Source: a virus
Length of the DNA stretch: 64,000 bases
Virus record (IMG/VR): IMGVR_UViG_3300022916_000005
Direction: 5' to 3' (one strand)
Part shown: piece by piece, positions 49,168-60,561 of the stretch
Layout of the letters: the number at the start of each line of letters is the position of its first letter
Numbering within the stretch: the stretch's first letter is position 1
Notes under the pieces: model-generated
Database searches by the model: none
The model's input: only the letters and a program-made list of their open reading frames with translations
What the model was told of the DNA's origin: nothing
Made by a program: the position numbers and the translations under genes

Positions 49168-50682
49168 ATGCACAAATATGCAAATCAATGGAAAAACTAC
49201 CTTCTTAACGAAGTAAATGAAAAGAAAGTTTTGGAAGAAGGAGGTCTTGAAAATATTAAGGCACTTGCTTCAAAATTCAAGGAAGCAGAAATCTGGTTTC
49301 ATATCGATCTTGATGGAGTAACTTCTGCAATCGCAATGAGAGAGTATTTGAAAAGATACGGAATCAAAACTGTAGAAGTATATCCAATTCAATACGGCGA
49401 TCAGGAATTTTCGGCCCACAAGCCAACTCCAGGTAGGTTATTTGCTCTTGTAGACTATGCACACGGTAAACCAACCATGCACATCCATACAGACCACCAC
49501 GAGACACAAACAGGAATCAAACAAAGTACAAGTACACACTTTGCCAAGGCAAGATCTAATGCAGGAACAATCTCAAGTAAGGTTGCTCCTTATGATCTCT
49601 ATTCGGCAGAAGATATTGAAGTCATCAATATGGTTGACAGTGCAGATTTTGCAAGAAATGCAATCTCTCCAATGGAAATTGGAAAGGCAGCTTTCCAATT
49701 GGAAAAAGAAGGTACTGTCGAGAAGAATAAGATCATGTTGGGACTTGCGACAAACCGCCTGTTGTTGGCGTACAAGGCAAGACCTGGATTTATGGAGGCA
49801 GTTATCATGAACTCCTCTCCTTCTTTGAGGAGTATGTACCTTAATATTAAAAAGTTGGCAAACACTCCTATGTGGAAGTTGTGGAACTCAAGTGAAAGAA
49901 GGTGGGAAGAAGGACAAACCTTACCAACTCCCGGACAGATGTATGATAATCACCAAGTCTATATTGATCAACAAAAGAAATCAAAAGATATGTTTACCAT
50001 CGGAGAGAAGAATCAAGTAATCATGCAGTACGGTTCTGCCGGTAATATTTTCAAACCAGGATCATTTCAAAGATATACAGCATTCCGTAATAATCCAGGA
50101 GCTGATTATCTTTGCATTATGTGGCCAATGGGGATTATTCAACTAAGTAAAAACCCCTTCAATGGAAAGGAAAACCCCTACAATCTTGGAGAGCTTTGTT
50201 TCTCTCCTAAAGGGATGGGTAAGTTTGAACCATTCTTGAAGAGTGATCCCATTGCTTTGTGGACAATCAAGCGTATCTCCGAGAAGGGAGTAAACACAAA
50301 GAAAGGAAATATTGAAACTGCAATGAAGTATACATATAGTGACTTTGTTGCAACGTATGGTGGTGTTGCAACAAATCTTCCACAAGAAGGCAGTGAAGAA
50401 CATGCCCAAATTGTTGAAATTATGGACAAATATTGGAAAGATATTTCTAGAGATGAAGAAAGTATTCTTTCAAAGATTGACGTAACTGCATGGGACATTA
50501 TCAAGTCTAACTCTGGTGGGCACAAAGATATCACAAACATTTCGGGATTTGATCACCTTAATGGCGGAAAAAACTATACAGGATATATGAAAGAAATTTG
50601 GTCGAGCCTTGGTCTTTTGCTCGCAGATACCACAGATGCAGGTGATAAGGTTGACAGAACAAGAGAAGGAACAAGGGAATAA
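49168..50682 (+). CDS. DHH-family phosphoesterase
   Basis: HIDLDGVTSA, LVDY, TDHH, C-terminal SGGH; true start MHKY after late-type motif at 49130. Confidence 0.8.
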   Translation: MHKYANQWKNYLLNEVNEKKVLEEGGLENIKALASKFKEAEIWFHIDLDGVTSAIAMREYLKRYGIKTVEVYPIQYGDQEFSAHKPTPGRLFALVDYAHGKPTMHIHTDHHETQTGIKQSTSTHFAKARSNAGTISSKVAPYDLYSAEDIEVINMVDSADFARNAISPMEIGKAAFQLEKEGTVEKNKIMLGLATNRLLLAYKARPGFMEAVIMNSSPSLRSMYLNIKKLANTPMWKLWNSSERRWEEGQTLPTPGQMYDNHQVYIDQQKKSKDMFTIGEKNQVIMQYGSAGNIFKPGSFQRYTAFRNNPGADYLCIMWPMGIIQLSKNPFNGKENPYNLGELCFSPKGMGKFEPFLKSDPIALWTIKRISEKGVNTKKGNIETAMKYTYSDFVATYGGVATNLPQEGSEEHAQIVEIMDKYWKDISRDEESILSKIDVTAWDIIKSNSGGHKDITNISGFDHLNGGKNYTGYMKEIWSSLGLLLADTTDAGDKVDRTREGTRE

Positions 50683-52760
50683 TGGCATCATCTTCGGTAG
50701 AATTATATTCTGTAAGTGCAGACATGATTACGGATGTAAAACGTAACAGTGAGGATATTTACATCGAGATCCGATCTCTTCCTGGAGTTACAACTCTCCA
50801 GCCAGCTACAAAAACTGCCAAAATTTCTGATAACAAAGAGGCTGTATCGGTTACTTTGAAGTTTAACCCTTTTCAGAGAATCACTGCGACTACTCCACAA
50901 GAATATATTAGAACTCTTACAAGACGCATTCAGTCATTATCTGGTGTTCAAAAGATTATCTTCTTTCCTAATACAATCACCTTTATTGGAAAGAAGGGAA
51001 AGATGAACGAAAATGTTGAACTGTTGAATGAGATATCGTACAAAGAAGCGTTTGAAGTTCTTGAGGGAAAGAAGACATTTAAATTCATTAAGGGAAAGTT
51101 ATATGACACAGATCCTTCAAAAGTATCAATAGCAGAAGATGTATTTAAAAAATTCAAAAATCAAATTCAATTATTTATCCCAACAGATCTTTCAACTAAC
51201 CAACAAGGTACTGCTCTTTTGTGGTTACTTGGAGTGGCAAAGCGAGATGATGGAGTTTATCGAGATATTATGTTTGATTCTATTGATGAAGCTGAAAAGA
51301 TGAGAAATCTTCTTGAAACATTTTTTCATTATCATCAATTCATGGAAGAGAAAGATATCTTTAGAATCCAATTCCTAGTTCCTTTACAAAGAATGGTTAA
51401 AAAAGCGCAACCTGCCATCAAGAAGTATCAAGAAAAACAATCATATACAGATGCTGCTCAAGGAGAAGAAGTTCTCCTTGACAATAATGATTGGCACATC
51501 TCTGCCATTCACAATAAAGGAGCAGCATGTCAGTTAGGTAAAGGTACAAAATGGTGTACCGCAGCACCAGGGTTGAATTTTTTCCAACGTTATTATAAGC
51601 CTGATGATCCTCTATTTTTCTTTAGAAATAAAAAGACAAATGAAAGATTTCAATTTCATTATGGATCACGTTCATTCATGGATATTCAAGATCTACACAT
51701 TAAAGATAACTTAATAGCTCAACTTCACAAAATATTAAAACAAACATCAGCATATAACAAATATCCAAAGATTAAAGAATATGATGATACTATTGTTGCA
51801 TCAAATCCAGATACACCACCAGAAATATTGAAACAATTATCAAAACACAATAATGATTCTATTAAAGAAGTTGTTGCTAAAAATCCAAACACACCACCAG
51901 AAACATTGTCAAAACTGTCAAAGTATGAAGCAGGACGTAAAGTGGGGGGAGTTATGTTAATTAGCACCATTGCTTATGCCGTTGCTAAAAATCCAAACAC
52001 ACCAGAAAAAGATTTGATAAGATTATCACAAAATTCTAACTATGCGATAGCTGTTGCATCAAATCCAAACACACCACTAGAAATGCTAACAAATTTTTCA
52101 AATAGTAAAGATTTTTGGATTCTTGACGGTGTCGTATCAAATCCAAACACACCACTAGAAATATTAATAAAAATATTCAAGAAAGAAGCAAGAAAAAGAA
52201 ATATAAATGCAGGAATTTATATTTCTTTTATACGAAATCCAAATGTATCACTTGGATTGTTGAAGCAAATATATGCACTAACAATCTTTAATAGAGATGT
52301 TTTACTGAAATTACATGCACATATTGCAATGAATCCAAACCTCGATCAAAATCTCTTTGACCTTCTTTCAAAATCGAGATCTCAGACGGTTAGATACCAA
52401 TTAGCTAAAAATCCAAATACACCACAAAAGATTTTGTCCAAGTTATCAAAAAGTAAAAATACAAGTGTTAGCAATGCTGCACTAAAGAACCTCAACAGCG
52501 AGACCAACTCCCTTCAAGAAATGGTGTCTTCCATTCTCCCATCAAATAAGTTGTCAAGCGATATTACATCTCTTATCAAAGAATACAATACAATGCTTAT
52601 TCCTTCAAGTTCTGGGGTCACAAGTATTGCATGTTTAAATGAAGACAAAGGAAAAGAAATGGTTGACAAATTGAGAAATAAAGGTTATATATCAAAGTTA
52701 ATAACAGAAATGACAAATGACGGAGAAGAACAAAATTATGTCCAAATCCTCTATTACTAA
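50682..52760 (+). CDS. Multidomain protein: PcfJ-like domain plus LRV-like (NPNTP) repeats
   Basis: AACQLGKGTKWCT...RFQFH; repeated VA(S/K)NPNTP. Confidence 0.65.
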   Translation: MASSSVELYSVSADMITDVKRNSEDIYIEIRSLPGVTTLQPATKTAKISDNKEAVSVTLKFNPFQRITATTPQEYIRTLTRRIQSLSGVQKIIFFPNTITFIGKKGKMNENVELLNEISYKEAFEVLEGKKTFKFIKGKLYDTDPSKVSIAEDVFKKFKNQIQLFIPTDLSTNQQGTALLWLLGVAKRDDGVYRDIMFDSIDEAEKMRNLLETFFHYHQFMEEKDIFRIQFLVPLQRMVKKAQPAIKKYQEKQSYTDAAQGEEVLLDNNDWHISAIHNKGAACQLGKGTKWCTAAPGLNFFQRYYKPDDPLFFFRNKKTNERFQFHYGSRSFMDIQDLHIKDNLIAQLHKILKQTSAYNKYPKIKEYDDTIVASNPDTPPEILKQLSKHNNDSIKEVVAKNPNTPPETLSKLSKYEAGRKVGGVMLISTIAYAVAKNPNTPEKDLIRLSQNSNYAIAVASNPNTPLEMLTNFSNSKDFWILDGVVSNPNTPLEILIKIFKKEARKRNINAGIYISFIRNPNVSLGLLKQIYALTIFNRDVLLKLHAHIAMNPNLDQNLFDLLSKSRSQTVRYQLAKNPNTPQKILSKLSKSKNTSVSNAALKNLNSETNSLQEMVSSILPSNKLSSDITSLIKEYNTMLIPSSSGVTSIACLNEDKGKEMVDKLRNKGYISKLITEMTNDGEEQNYVQILYY

Positions 52761-53511
52761 CAATAACGACATAACCAGTAATTGGTTTAAATACATGTTG
52801 AAAGAAAACAAACAAGGAGCAGTCAGGAATATTCTACAATTGCCTCAAGAAGATAAACTTATCTCCTCATATTTTCAAGAGAAGTATGGCAATAGATTTG
52901 CCGTTCAATTTGCAAGATGGTTTGAAGAAAGTACTCCAAACATTGTTGACATCTATAAATCAAACACACCAGATTCAATCAAGATGATTCTTGATTACTT
53001 TTATAGTGAATCCAAATTTGTACTAGCACACTTGATAAATTATCCTAATGAAATCAATAAGTTACAAAATAAGTCATATCAAGATGCCATGTCTTATGTT
53101 GACTCTTATGGAGAAAGTACAGATAGTAACATGTCAGAAACCGTGTTAAAAGTGGAAGATGGATTTGAATGGGTAAACATTGGAAGCGAATGTCGTTTAG
53201 AAGGAAAGAGAATGAAACATTGTGGGAAAACAAAAGATGGAAATCTCCTTTCATTGAGAGATGAGGCAGGACAACCACATGTCAACATTACTTGGAATGA
53301 AAATGACAACTCAGTACAGGCAATTAGTGGAAAAGGCAACATGTTCCCAAACAGAAAGTATTGGAAATATATTAAATCATTCTTTGATCAGTTTAACTCA
53401 GAACTAAAAGATCAAGCAGTACTAATGGCAATTGAGCAAGACAACAATCAACATCTAATCGAGTTTGCAAACCTTGTAGGAGCTAGTAACAATGAAACTC
53501 AAACTTTATAG
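52738..53511 (+). CDS. PcfJ-like domain protein
   Basis: EGKRMKHCG...LSLRD...PHVNI...ISGKGN. Confidence 0.6.
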   Translation: MSKSSITNNNDITSNWFKYMLKENKQGAVRNILQLPQEDKLISSYFQEKYGNRFAVQFARWFEESTPNIVDIYKSNTPDSIKMILDYFYSESKFVLAHLINYPNEINKLQNKSYQDAMSYVDSYGESTDSNMSETVLKVEDGFEWVNIGSECRLEGKRMKHCGKTKDGNLLSLRDEAGQPHVNITWNENDNSVQAISGKGNMFPNRKYWKYIKSFFDQFNSELKDQAVLMAIEQDNNQHLIEFANLVGASNNETQTL

Positions 53512-54118
53512 ACTATTATACACACTATATATTAAATCAAGACTGTTATTTCTTTGGTCAAAGTTCTATCAATTACTATTCCAAAGGAAATATAAGAAAT
53601 ATAAATTAAGTCCCTATTGTGACAAGACAAAATTAGAAGACCTATCTTACATAATGAGAAAAGTAAGCTGGAGCAAAGACGAGTTTAAAGAGTTAGGAGA
53701 TTCAATTAGTTCTCCTCACTGGTTTCAATATCTTCTTGACACTGTAATGTCAGGACTAGATCAGCCAGAAGGGGCAGTTGATTGTGATGATTTTGCAAAT
53801 TGGACTGTCAACATTCTTGATAGAACATACCCTGTCAAAATGTTGTGCGTATCTTGGATTGATGGGAAGAAAGTCAGCGGACATGCCGTGGCAGTAGTCT
53901 ATAATGGGCAAGATAAATATTATCATTTAGGAAATTGGGGAACAAAGGGACCGTTTTTATCATTTAATGCCATCATTAACTCTATCGTTCCAAAAGATAA
54001 AGTATATGTTGGTTCATACATGTTGAACAAAGATTTGAAGCTAAAGGCAGTATATGCTGGAGATGATAAAGAAACCATTGAAAGAGTATTTACAAAAGCA
54101 ATGTTTGGAGAACAATAA
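53492..54118 (+). CDS. Transglutaminase-like cysteine protease
   Basis: DCDDFA...GHAVAV. Confidence 0.6.
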   Translation: MKLKLYRLLYTLYIKSRLLFLWSKFYQLLFQRKYKKYKLSPYCDKTKLEDLSYIMRKVSWSKDEFKELGDSISSPHWFQYLLDTVMSGLDQPEGAVDCDDFANWTVNILDRTYPVKMLCVSWIDGKKVSGHAVAVVYNGQDKYYHLGNWGTKGPFLSFNAIINSIVPKDKVYVGSYMLNKDLKLKAVYAGDDKETIERVFTKAMFGEQ

Positions 54119-54121
54119 AAA

Positions 54122-55357
54122 ATGACTGATCGTATAATTCCAACACCATCATATCCATCACTAAATGCAGCCTTAACTGCCGCAGTAAATGGTGATAGAA
54201 TTATTTTTAATAGTGGAACTTCATATTCTGGAGAAGTACTACATTCTTTCGGTTCAAAGATAAATATTGAAATCAGAAATCAAACAGGAAGCGAAGTTTC
54301 AATTTCTCTAGATGGAGGTTCCTATATAGCTCTAGGTGCTGGATGGTCATTTTCAAGTGCAACAGCCCACAAACTCAACTTTTCTGGAGGGACTACTGGA
54401 GCAGCATTGTTAAGAGCATACAATGTTGTAACAGGATTAATTGAAGATGCAACATTTACAAAATCGTCAGGAGGGCTCGCTGCCCAAATTGATGCGTCAT
54501 CTTCGACAGCAGGAATGACGTTAAATCGCGTTGAACTATATGCACAAGCAGGTCAGACAAATCCTGCAAGTACCTCTTGCATGATGGTAAGAGGAAATGG
54601 CAGAACTGCTACACTAACTGCCGATAATTGCCTTTTCGAAAATGGGGCAGCAGGAATTTACGCAATAGATGGAGGTTCTGCAAGAGGCGGAACAATCACT
54701 GTTAGACGATCAATTTTTAAAAATCTTGACTATTCAATTAACTATTCTGGTCTTCAGTCTGGAGGGTTAGATGCAAGATTTAACTTGTTATATGCCACAA
54801 ATGCATACGGAAAGTATGGATTTAATTACAATTTGTCTGCTGGGTATACTCCAACAACTCTATTCTATAGAAATACAATTGACGTAACGACAAAAGCTAT
54901 TAAATATACTGCAGGAGATAGTAATTCAAATGCCGCCATTAAAGGGAATTGGGGAGCATCAATTGACACAATTACAGGGGCAGATCAAACTGACAACTCT
55001 ACGACAGGAACTCCAGGATTTACCGATCAGGGCAATAATGATTATTCTCTTCTTGCTTCTTCTATTTTAATCGATATTGGATTTGATACAGGAGATGAAA
55101 CTGATTATGCGGGAGAATCTACTCCGAGTGGAGATGCTGCTGATATTGGAGCATATGAATATCAACAACCGGCATGGTTATATGGAGAATCTCCCGAGAC
55201 AGAAAAAGATATATTAATTGATTTTATAATCAATAGAGTTGACAACATTGGGAATAATTATAACAAGAATATTCCACAAATTCCTTACGGATATCTTGTT
55301 AAATCTCCATACAGACCTCACAAAAGATCAACACCATACACATTAACATCTAAATGA
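54122..55357 (+). CDS. Right-handed beta-helix protein (tail spike/depolymerase-like)
   Basis: YPSLNAAL...GDRI start, Asn/Gly-rich beta repeats, DYSL...SILIDIG...DIGAYEY. Confidence 0.65.
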   Translation: MTDRIIPTPSYPSLNAALTAAVNGDRIIFNSGTSYSGEVLHSFGSKINIEIRNQTGSEVSISLDGGSYIALGAGWSFSSATAHKLNFSGGTTGAALLRAYNVVTGLIEDATFTKSSGGLAAQIDASSSTAGMTLNRVELYAQAGQTNPASTSCMMVRGNGRTATLTADNCLFENGAAGIYAIDGGSARGGTITVRRSIFKNLDYSINYSGLQSGGLDARFNLLYATNAYGKYGFNYNLSAGYTPTTLFYRNTIDVTTKAIKYTAGDSNSNAAIKGNWGASIDTITGADQTDNSTTGTPGFTDQGNNDYSLLASSILIDIGFDTGDETDYAGESTPSGDAADIGAYEYQQPAWLYGESPETEKDILIDFIINRVDNIGNNYNKNIPQIPYGYLVKSPYRPHKRSTPYTLTSK

Positions 55358-55396
55358 TAGATAAAGAACTAATTATCATAAGAAGGAAGAAGTAAT

Positions 55397-56098
55397 ATGA
55401 ATTTCCAATTAATGGTAGACAGTTTAGTTGATTATTCTCAAAAGAAATTGGGATTTAATAAACCACCAGAAATCGAATTCAGAGATGATGTAGAAAATGC
55501 CAAAAAAGTACTTGGTAAAACTGCTTATTACGATCCAACAAATAGAGTAATTGTAATTTATAAATCAAATAGACATGAAAAAGATCAACTCAGATCCCTC
55601 AGTCACGAAATTGTTCATCATTTTCAAAATTGTAATGGTAATTTTGATGGAATTACAGGGATCGGAGAACAAGGATATGCTCAAAACAACAAACACTTGA
55701 GAGAAATGGAAAGAGAAGCATATGAACGAGGAAACTTGATATTCAGAGATTGGGAGGATGGAATGAAAAAGCAAAGACTCGAAGAAGCAAAGAGAATTGT
55801 TGAAGACACAATGTCTCATTGGGAAGAGGAATTTGAAGATGATGGGGAAATTGTACCACCAGGAGACAAATGGAATGTTGAAATTGTTTGCAGAGGAAAT
55901 GTAACAAATGAGTTCGAAATGATTGGAATTGACTACGAAAGTTGCTATAAAGAAGTCAAGGAGTTAGCGCGCGGGTGCGATTTTGAAATCCAGCCGATTA
56001 TAGAGTCTCCAAATGATGTTCCAGAGATGGTGGAAGAGATGTTGGATGCCAAGAGAAATTCAACAAATGCTAAATTAAATGAGTGGTGTGTTAAATAA
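55397..56098 (+). CDS. Zincin-like metallopeptidase
   Basis: TAYYDP...LRSLSHEIVHHFQ...EREAY. Confidence 0.7.
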   Translation: MNFQLMVDSLVDYSQKKLGFNKPPEIEFRDDVENAKKVLGKTAYYDPTNRVIVIYKSNRHEKDQLRSLSHEIVHHFQNCNGNFDGITGIGEQGYAQNNKHLREMEREAYERGNLIFRDWEDGMKKQRLEEAKRIVEDTMSHWEEEFEDDGEIVPPGDKWNVEIVCRGNVTNEFEMIGIDYESCYKEVKELARGCDFEIQPIIESPNDVPEMVEEMLDAKRNSTNAKLNEWCVK

Positions 56099-56116
56099 TT
56101 AAAAGGAGACAGAAAA

Positions 56117-56392
56117 ATGGCACTATACAAGGCAAAAAAAGTAATTAGGAAAAGCGATATCAGAAAGGCAGCAGAATTAGAACGACTTGAAAAGGTAAGA
56201 TTGGAAGAACTAAATAAACCAAAAGAAGTTATTGAAAAAGAAGAAAAAGAACGTTTACCAACAAGTCTTGAACTTAATCACATGAAGAAAAAGGATGTTA
56301 TCAAACTATATGAGAAACTAGGAATCGATTGTAACGTAGAAGATACGAGAGCAACTCTCTTAAGGTTCATTAAGGATCATTTAAACCTATAG
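56117..56392 (+). CDS. Small protein with Rho_N/HeH-like C-terminal motif
   Basis: LNHMKKKDVIKLYEKLGI...TRATLL. Confidence 0.5.
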   Translation: MALYKAKKVIRKSDIRKAAELERLEKVRLEELNKPKEVIEKEEKERLPTSLELNHMKKKDVIKLYEKLGIDCNVEDTRATLLRFIKDHLNL

Positions 56393-56404
56393 GTTAGACA
56401 ATTC

Positions 56405-58495
56405 ATGAAGAAAGAAGACCTTTCACAATTTGTAAAGAAAATATTGATTGAACAGCGGCAAGCTATATCTAGATTGGCAGGTCCAAACGAGATAACAAAC
56501 AAAAAATTTGCACAATTGCTATATTCTCTTGTCAAAAATACAAATAGTGAAGGACAATCTTCGTTTGTAATTGATACAGGTACCAATAAGAGTATTAATT
56601 TAGTAGAAAAGGCAGATTCAGTCTTCTGTCACTTCGGAATTCATGGAAATAAACAGTTTTTCATGGAATCAAGCAATAGTGGGCCAACATTTGCAAAAAA
56701 TTACAGACAAAAGTTCGACTTTAACCGAGATTTTGAAGAAACATTTGATTATTTACTTAATAATGAACAATTTCAAGATGCAATGAGACAAATGTATGAT
56801 AAAATCGGGTCTTTTCGCTATTCTGCGGAGCTTTTCCCAGTATTAACTCACAAAATGGAAGATAGTGGAACAACTTTCTCCGTTATTCCGTATAATTCGG
56901 CAAATTTTGGAGAATATGGAGCATTTTTATTGTTTGAGTGTGAAATTTGGAGTAAATCTGTCCAAAAATGGAAAAAAATTGATCAAAAACTAAATATTTA
57001 TTGTCAAAACTTGCTAAAAAGCGATAAATCCTTCCAAAATGAGTGGAAAATCCTTACAAATGATGCAAATATGTCCATTTCTACTCAAATTGAGGTAGAT
57101 GTTGGTAGAAAATTGGCCACTTTTATGTCAGATGGTGTAGAATTTGGCGATTTAATGCGTAAATTAAGGCAAAACGACATCAAATATGAGCTAAATAAGG
57201 TCAAAAATAGCCTCCAAAACACCCTAAAAGGGGTAGCTAATAGACATCCATCACTACTTACCGGACAACAAACTCCTGGGGAAGGGGTGATTCTATATAT
57301 TAACTCTGTATTGGATAATGATAATGAGCAATTTCTTGTAAAAGCTACTTCTGATTGGTTTGATAACAAGAAAAAGGATGTATGGAGCACTCGTCAGGAG
57401 GTATTAAACCTATTTGATGAAGTAAAAAATACAATATTAACAGAGTTTCTTACATTTAATACCTCGCACGATGCCTCAATTGGTGCCAAAATTAAAGAAA
57501 TCTCTTCTTCTTTTATGAATTCTGGTCAAGCTGGTAGTAAAGTGAGGACAACTTTCATTGATTATCTTATTCCTCACCTAATTACTGGCGAAATTGACCT
57601 TGATTCGATGAAACAAGAGCTAGAACAATACATTACAAATATTGAAGGACAATTAAGCAACATCAAACAGGAGTATTCTTCTAAAGAGTACCTATTTGAT
57701 CCCAATTCTGCACGAAAAACAGAACAAACCATGTCGTGGGTAGATTCCAAATTGACAGGGCTTAAATCATGCATAGAGACGGGCTCTATGCCCATTCCTT
57801 GTCTTGTAGACATCTTGATTGGACACAAAATTGATAAAAACATCACATTCGAAATTGGGAGTGAAGATGTCAAGAACAGTAGGAAAGAAAACGTTATCAT
57901 CTACCCTGTCAGAGGTCAGGTATGGCATATTGGTCACTATAAGGCTGTGGAGCATGCAAAAGACTTGTTAAGCGACCACAAAGCAGACAAAGTGTTGATA
58001 ATGACAGTCAGAGGGGAAAAGACTTCTCAAGATGCAGATAAGAACCCTCTATCTGGTAGAGAACAATTAACACTGTTGAATGAACTGTACAAAGGAGATA
58101 GGAAGGTCGAAGTATTGCAAACATTTCCTAACTCTGCCTACATTGTTGATTTGGCAATGCATCTAAAAGGATATAATGTAGTCGGATGGTTAACCGGAGA
58201 AGATAGAGCTAACCAATATACTCAAAATCTTTATAACTTTAGCCCTCAACAGTTCGAGCAAAACAATGGGTATACTCCATTTACTAGGAACAAGAGAGGA
58301 CTCCCTGTTACAAGAATCATCAAGACAAGAAGGATACAATCAGGAACGCATGTTAGAAAGATGGCAAAAGAATTATCATTTCCACAATGGCTAAGGGTAA
58401 CTATGCCAATTAAGCTTGACAATGATGTGATTTATTTATATAATTTAGTTTACAAATCAATTAAAGAAGGCACTAATTATAACGAGGACAAATAA
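56405..58495 (+). CDS. Large protein with C-terminal cytidylyltransferase-like (HxGH) domain
   Basis: RGQVWHIGH, KNPLS, GEDR, SGTHVR. Confidence 0.7.
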   Translation: MKKEDLSQFVKKILIEQRQAISRLAGPNEITNKKFAQLLYSLVKNTNSEGQSSFVIDTGTNKSINLVEKADSVFCHFGIHGNKQFFMESSNSGPTFAKNYRQKFDFNRDFEETFDYLLNNEQFQDAMRQMYDKIGSFRYSAELFPVLTHKMEDSGTTFSVIPYNSANFGEYGAFLLFECEIWSKSVQKWKKIDQKLNIYCQNLLKSDKSFQNEWKILTNDANMSISTQIEVDVGRKLATFMSDGVEFGDLMRKLRQNDIKYELNKVKNSLQNTLKGVANRHPSLLTGQQTPGEGVILYINSVLDNDNEQFLVKATSDWFDNKKKDVWSTRQEVLNLFDEVKNTILTEFLTFNTSHDASIGAKIKEISSSFMNSGQAGSKVRTTFIDYLIPHLITGEIDLDSMKQELEQYITNIEGQLSNIKQEYSSKEYLFDPNSARKTEQTMSWVDSKLTGLKSCIETGSMPIPCLVDILIGHKIDKNITFEIGSEDVKNSRKENVIIYPVRGQVWHIGHYKAVEHAKDLLSDHKADKVLIMTVRGEKTSQDADKNPLSGREQLTLLNELYKGDRKVEVLQTFPNSAYIVDLAMHLKGYNVVGWLTGEDRANQYTQNLYNFSPQQFEQNNGYTPFTRNKRGLPVTRIIKTRRIQSGTHVRKMAKELSFPQWLRVTMPIKLDNDVIYLYNLVYKSIKEGTNYNEDK

Positions 58496-59193
58496 TGAAT
58501 CTATTTAAACAAATTGAACAAATTTTAGAAGAGACCGTCGATAAGCAAGATAAGAGATGGAACATCAATGAATCTATCGATAATCGACAAGATACCCATG
58601 AAAAGACCTGGGAAGATACGAAAAAAAGAAATAGGAAGTGGATTAACGTATTAAAAACAGGAGGAACTCCAACTGGACCCGCATATCCCGAAAAAGTTAA
58701 AACAAGCGGACACATTTCTGCTCCTCCAATGGAAGAAGATAATCACCAATTTACAAGTATCCCTTCGGAATGTGCGTGGTGTGGAGAGGAATTTGATGAA
58801 AACGAATCTGGATATGATGAATTTTGTTGCGACGATTGTGCAGAACAAAATCAAAATGCAGAAGATGGGATAGAAATTGAAGAGGGTTGTGGCAAAAAAC
58901 ACGAACAAATTGATGAAAATTATGAAGAAGATGGTTATCAATGCGTTGAATGTGGGGTAGAATATCCTGACGATAGTTATTTTACTGCATGGAGTGATTA
59001 TGAAGTTGATCAAGTTTGCCATCAGTGCGAAGAAGACGAAATTGAAGCTAGATTGTTAGATAATGATGAACTAGAAGAAATGAGTGCTGCTGGTGGTGCT
59101 GGGACATCGATTCAAGGTGCTCCAAATACAAAAAGAAAAGACATGCAGACACTAATCCGAGAAGAAGTAAAGCAAATGATGAGGAACAAATAA
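58495..59193 (+). CDS. Acidic Cys-cluster hypothetical late protein
   Basis: CAWCG, CCDDC, CVECG, CHQC; several (I/L)xE motifs. Confidence 0.55.
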   Translation: MNLFKQIEQILEETVDKQDKRWNINESIDNRQDTHEKTWEDTKKRNRKWINVLKTGGTPTGPAYPEKVKTSGHISAPPMEEDNHQFTSIPSECAWCGEEFDENESGYDEFCCDDCAEQNQNAEDGIEIEEGCGKKHEQIDENYEEDGYQCVECGVEYPDDSYFTAWSDYEVDQVCHQCEEDEIEARLLDNDELEEMSAAGGAGTSIQGAPNTKRKDMQTLIREEVKQMMRNK

Positions 59194-59194
59194 A

Positions 59195-59956
59195 ATGAAT
59201 AGAGAAGATTTTGTAAACGAACTTAAACTAAGAGAAGGCATTCAAAAGATCATTAAAACGGTTGCAGAGAAGAAAATCAAATTAATGAAAAATGAACTAC
59301 TCATTGAAGAAAAATTAAGAACAAAAATTAGAAAACTGATCGAAGAGAGTGATACTGTAAATGCTCCTCACAGTTCAACCGGAATTAACCTACTATCCGG
59401 AGTATTGCGACAAATGATTCCAATCATGGAAGAAGATTATAAAAGCTTAACGTCAGATCTTGCTCAAAGGAAGAGTTTTAGAACTCATATCCTCAATGCT
59501 GCAGAGAATGTTCTTGATATTCTTGATGCAACAGAGAAAGCGGGTCAACCAAGATCAATTAATGAAATGTTGAGAGAAGAAGGGGAGGATGATGTTACAT
59601 TTAATATTGGGGACGATGCAAAACCAGAAGATGACGAGAGATTTATTGAAATTGATGCAAAAGAAGATCCAGATGCAGACGAAATCTTCGACAGAGGGAT
59701 TGATCCTGCAGAAGACGCAACAGGACGTAACCTTGCAAAGAAATCTTTTGCAAAATATGAAAAAACAATCAAAGATGCTTATTTGACGCTTGAAGATACC
59801 AATGATCGTTCATTATTCAGAGAATATCTGAGAACAAACTTGCAACTATACTTTGATCGTTTTGAAGAAGAATTGTCAACTACCCTTCAAGAACCATCAT
59901 CAGATTCGTACGAACAAGCAAGAGAAGGACAACCTTCAGAAGACCTCGGAATATAA
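59195..59956 (+). CDS. Hypothetical late protein
   Basis: 253-aa ORF with KLREG, LIEE, MLREE motifs. Confidence 0.6.
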   Translation: MNREDFVNELKLREGIQKIIKTVAEKKIKLMKNELLIEEKLRTKIRKLIEESDTVNAPHSSTGINLLSGVLRQMIPIMEEDYKSLTSDLAQRKSFRTHILNAAENVLDILDATEKAGQPRSINEMLREEGEDDVTFNIGDDAKPEDDERFIEIDAKEDPDADEIFDRGIDPAEDATGRNLAKKSFAKYEKTIKDAYLTLEDTNDRSLFREYLRTNLQLYFDRFEEELSTTLQEPSSDSYEQAREGQPSEDLGI

Positions 59957-60084
59957 ATCTTGACAATCGGATCTTTTTATGATATAATTAACTACAGTTC
60001 GGTAAGAGCAGAAGAAAGACTGCAGGAACTACAAATTGACAAGAACATCTTATCATATATTTTCACAAATGACAAAGGAAAAGC

Positions 60085-60390
60085 ATGGCAAAATCATATA
60101 TAGATCATCTTAGAAAAAGAAAGGGATTCTCAAAAGAATTCGAAACACAACTTAGCATATTAAGTATTGAAGAGATAATTGCTGCTAAATTAGCGATATC
60201 TAGCAAGCCATTACGTAACAATAAACAAGTACCATTCTATATTCTTCAAAATCTTGACAGAATGGTATTGGATGGGATCTATAGATATGTTAAATTTTAT
60301 GATCTCTCTAATATAGAGGTTTCTGAATTGTTGGGTATCGATGTAGAAATAATTAACAAATACAAAGGAGAACAAGATGAAGACAAGTAG
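60085..60390 (+). CDS. Possible HTH protein
   Basis: SNIEVSELLGID C-terminal motif; sigma70 promoter at 59960. Confidence 0.4.
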   Translation: MAKSYIDHLRKRKGFSKEFETQLSILSIEEIIAAKLAISSKPLRNNKQVPFYILQNLDRMVLDGIYRYVKFYDLSNIEVSELLGIDVEIINKYKGEQDEDK

Positions 60391-60561
60391 CAAAGTAATG
60401 GAATTAATTAATCAAATTCGAACTAAAGAAGGGATTACGCATCTTGAGGTGCTAATCAAGTACCCAAACTTGGCAGAGTTACTAGAAAACGAACAACACT
60501 CAGACAAACGAGAGATCGTAGAACAAAAACAAGAAAACAGACAACTATTACATGACTAGTC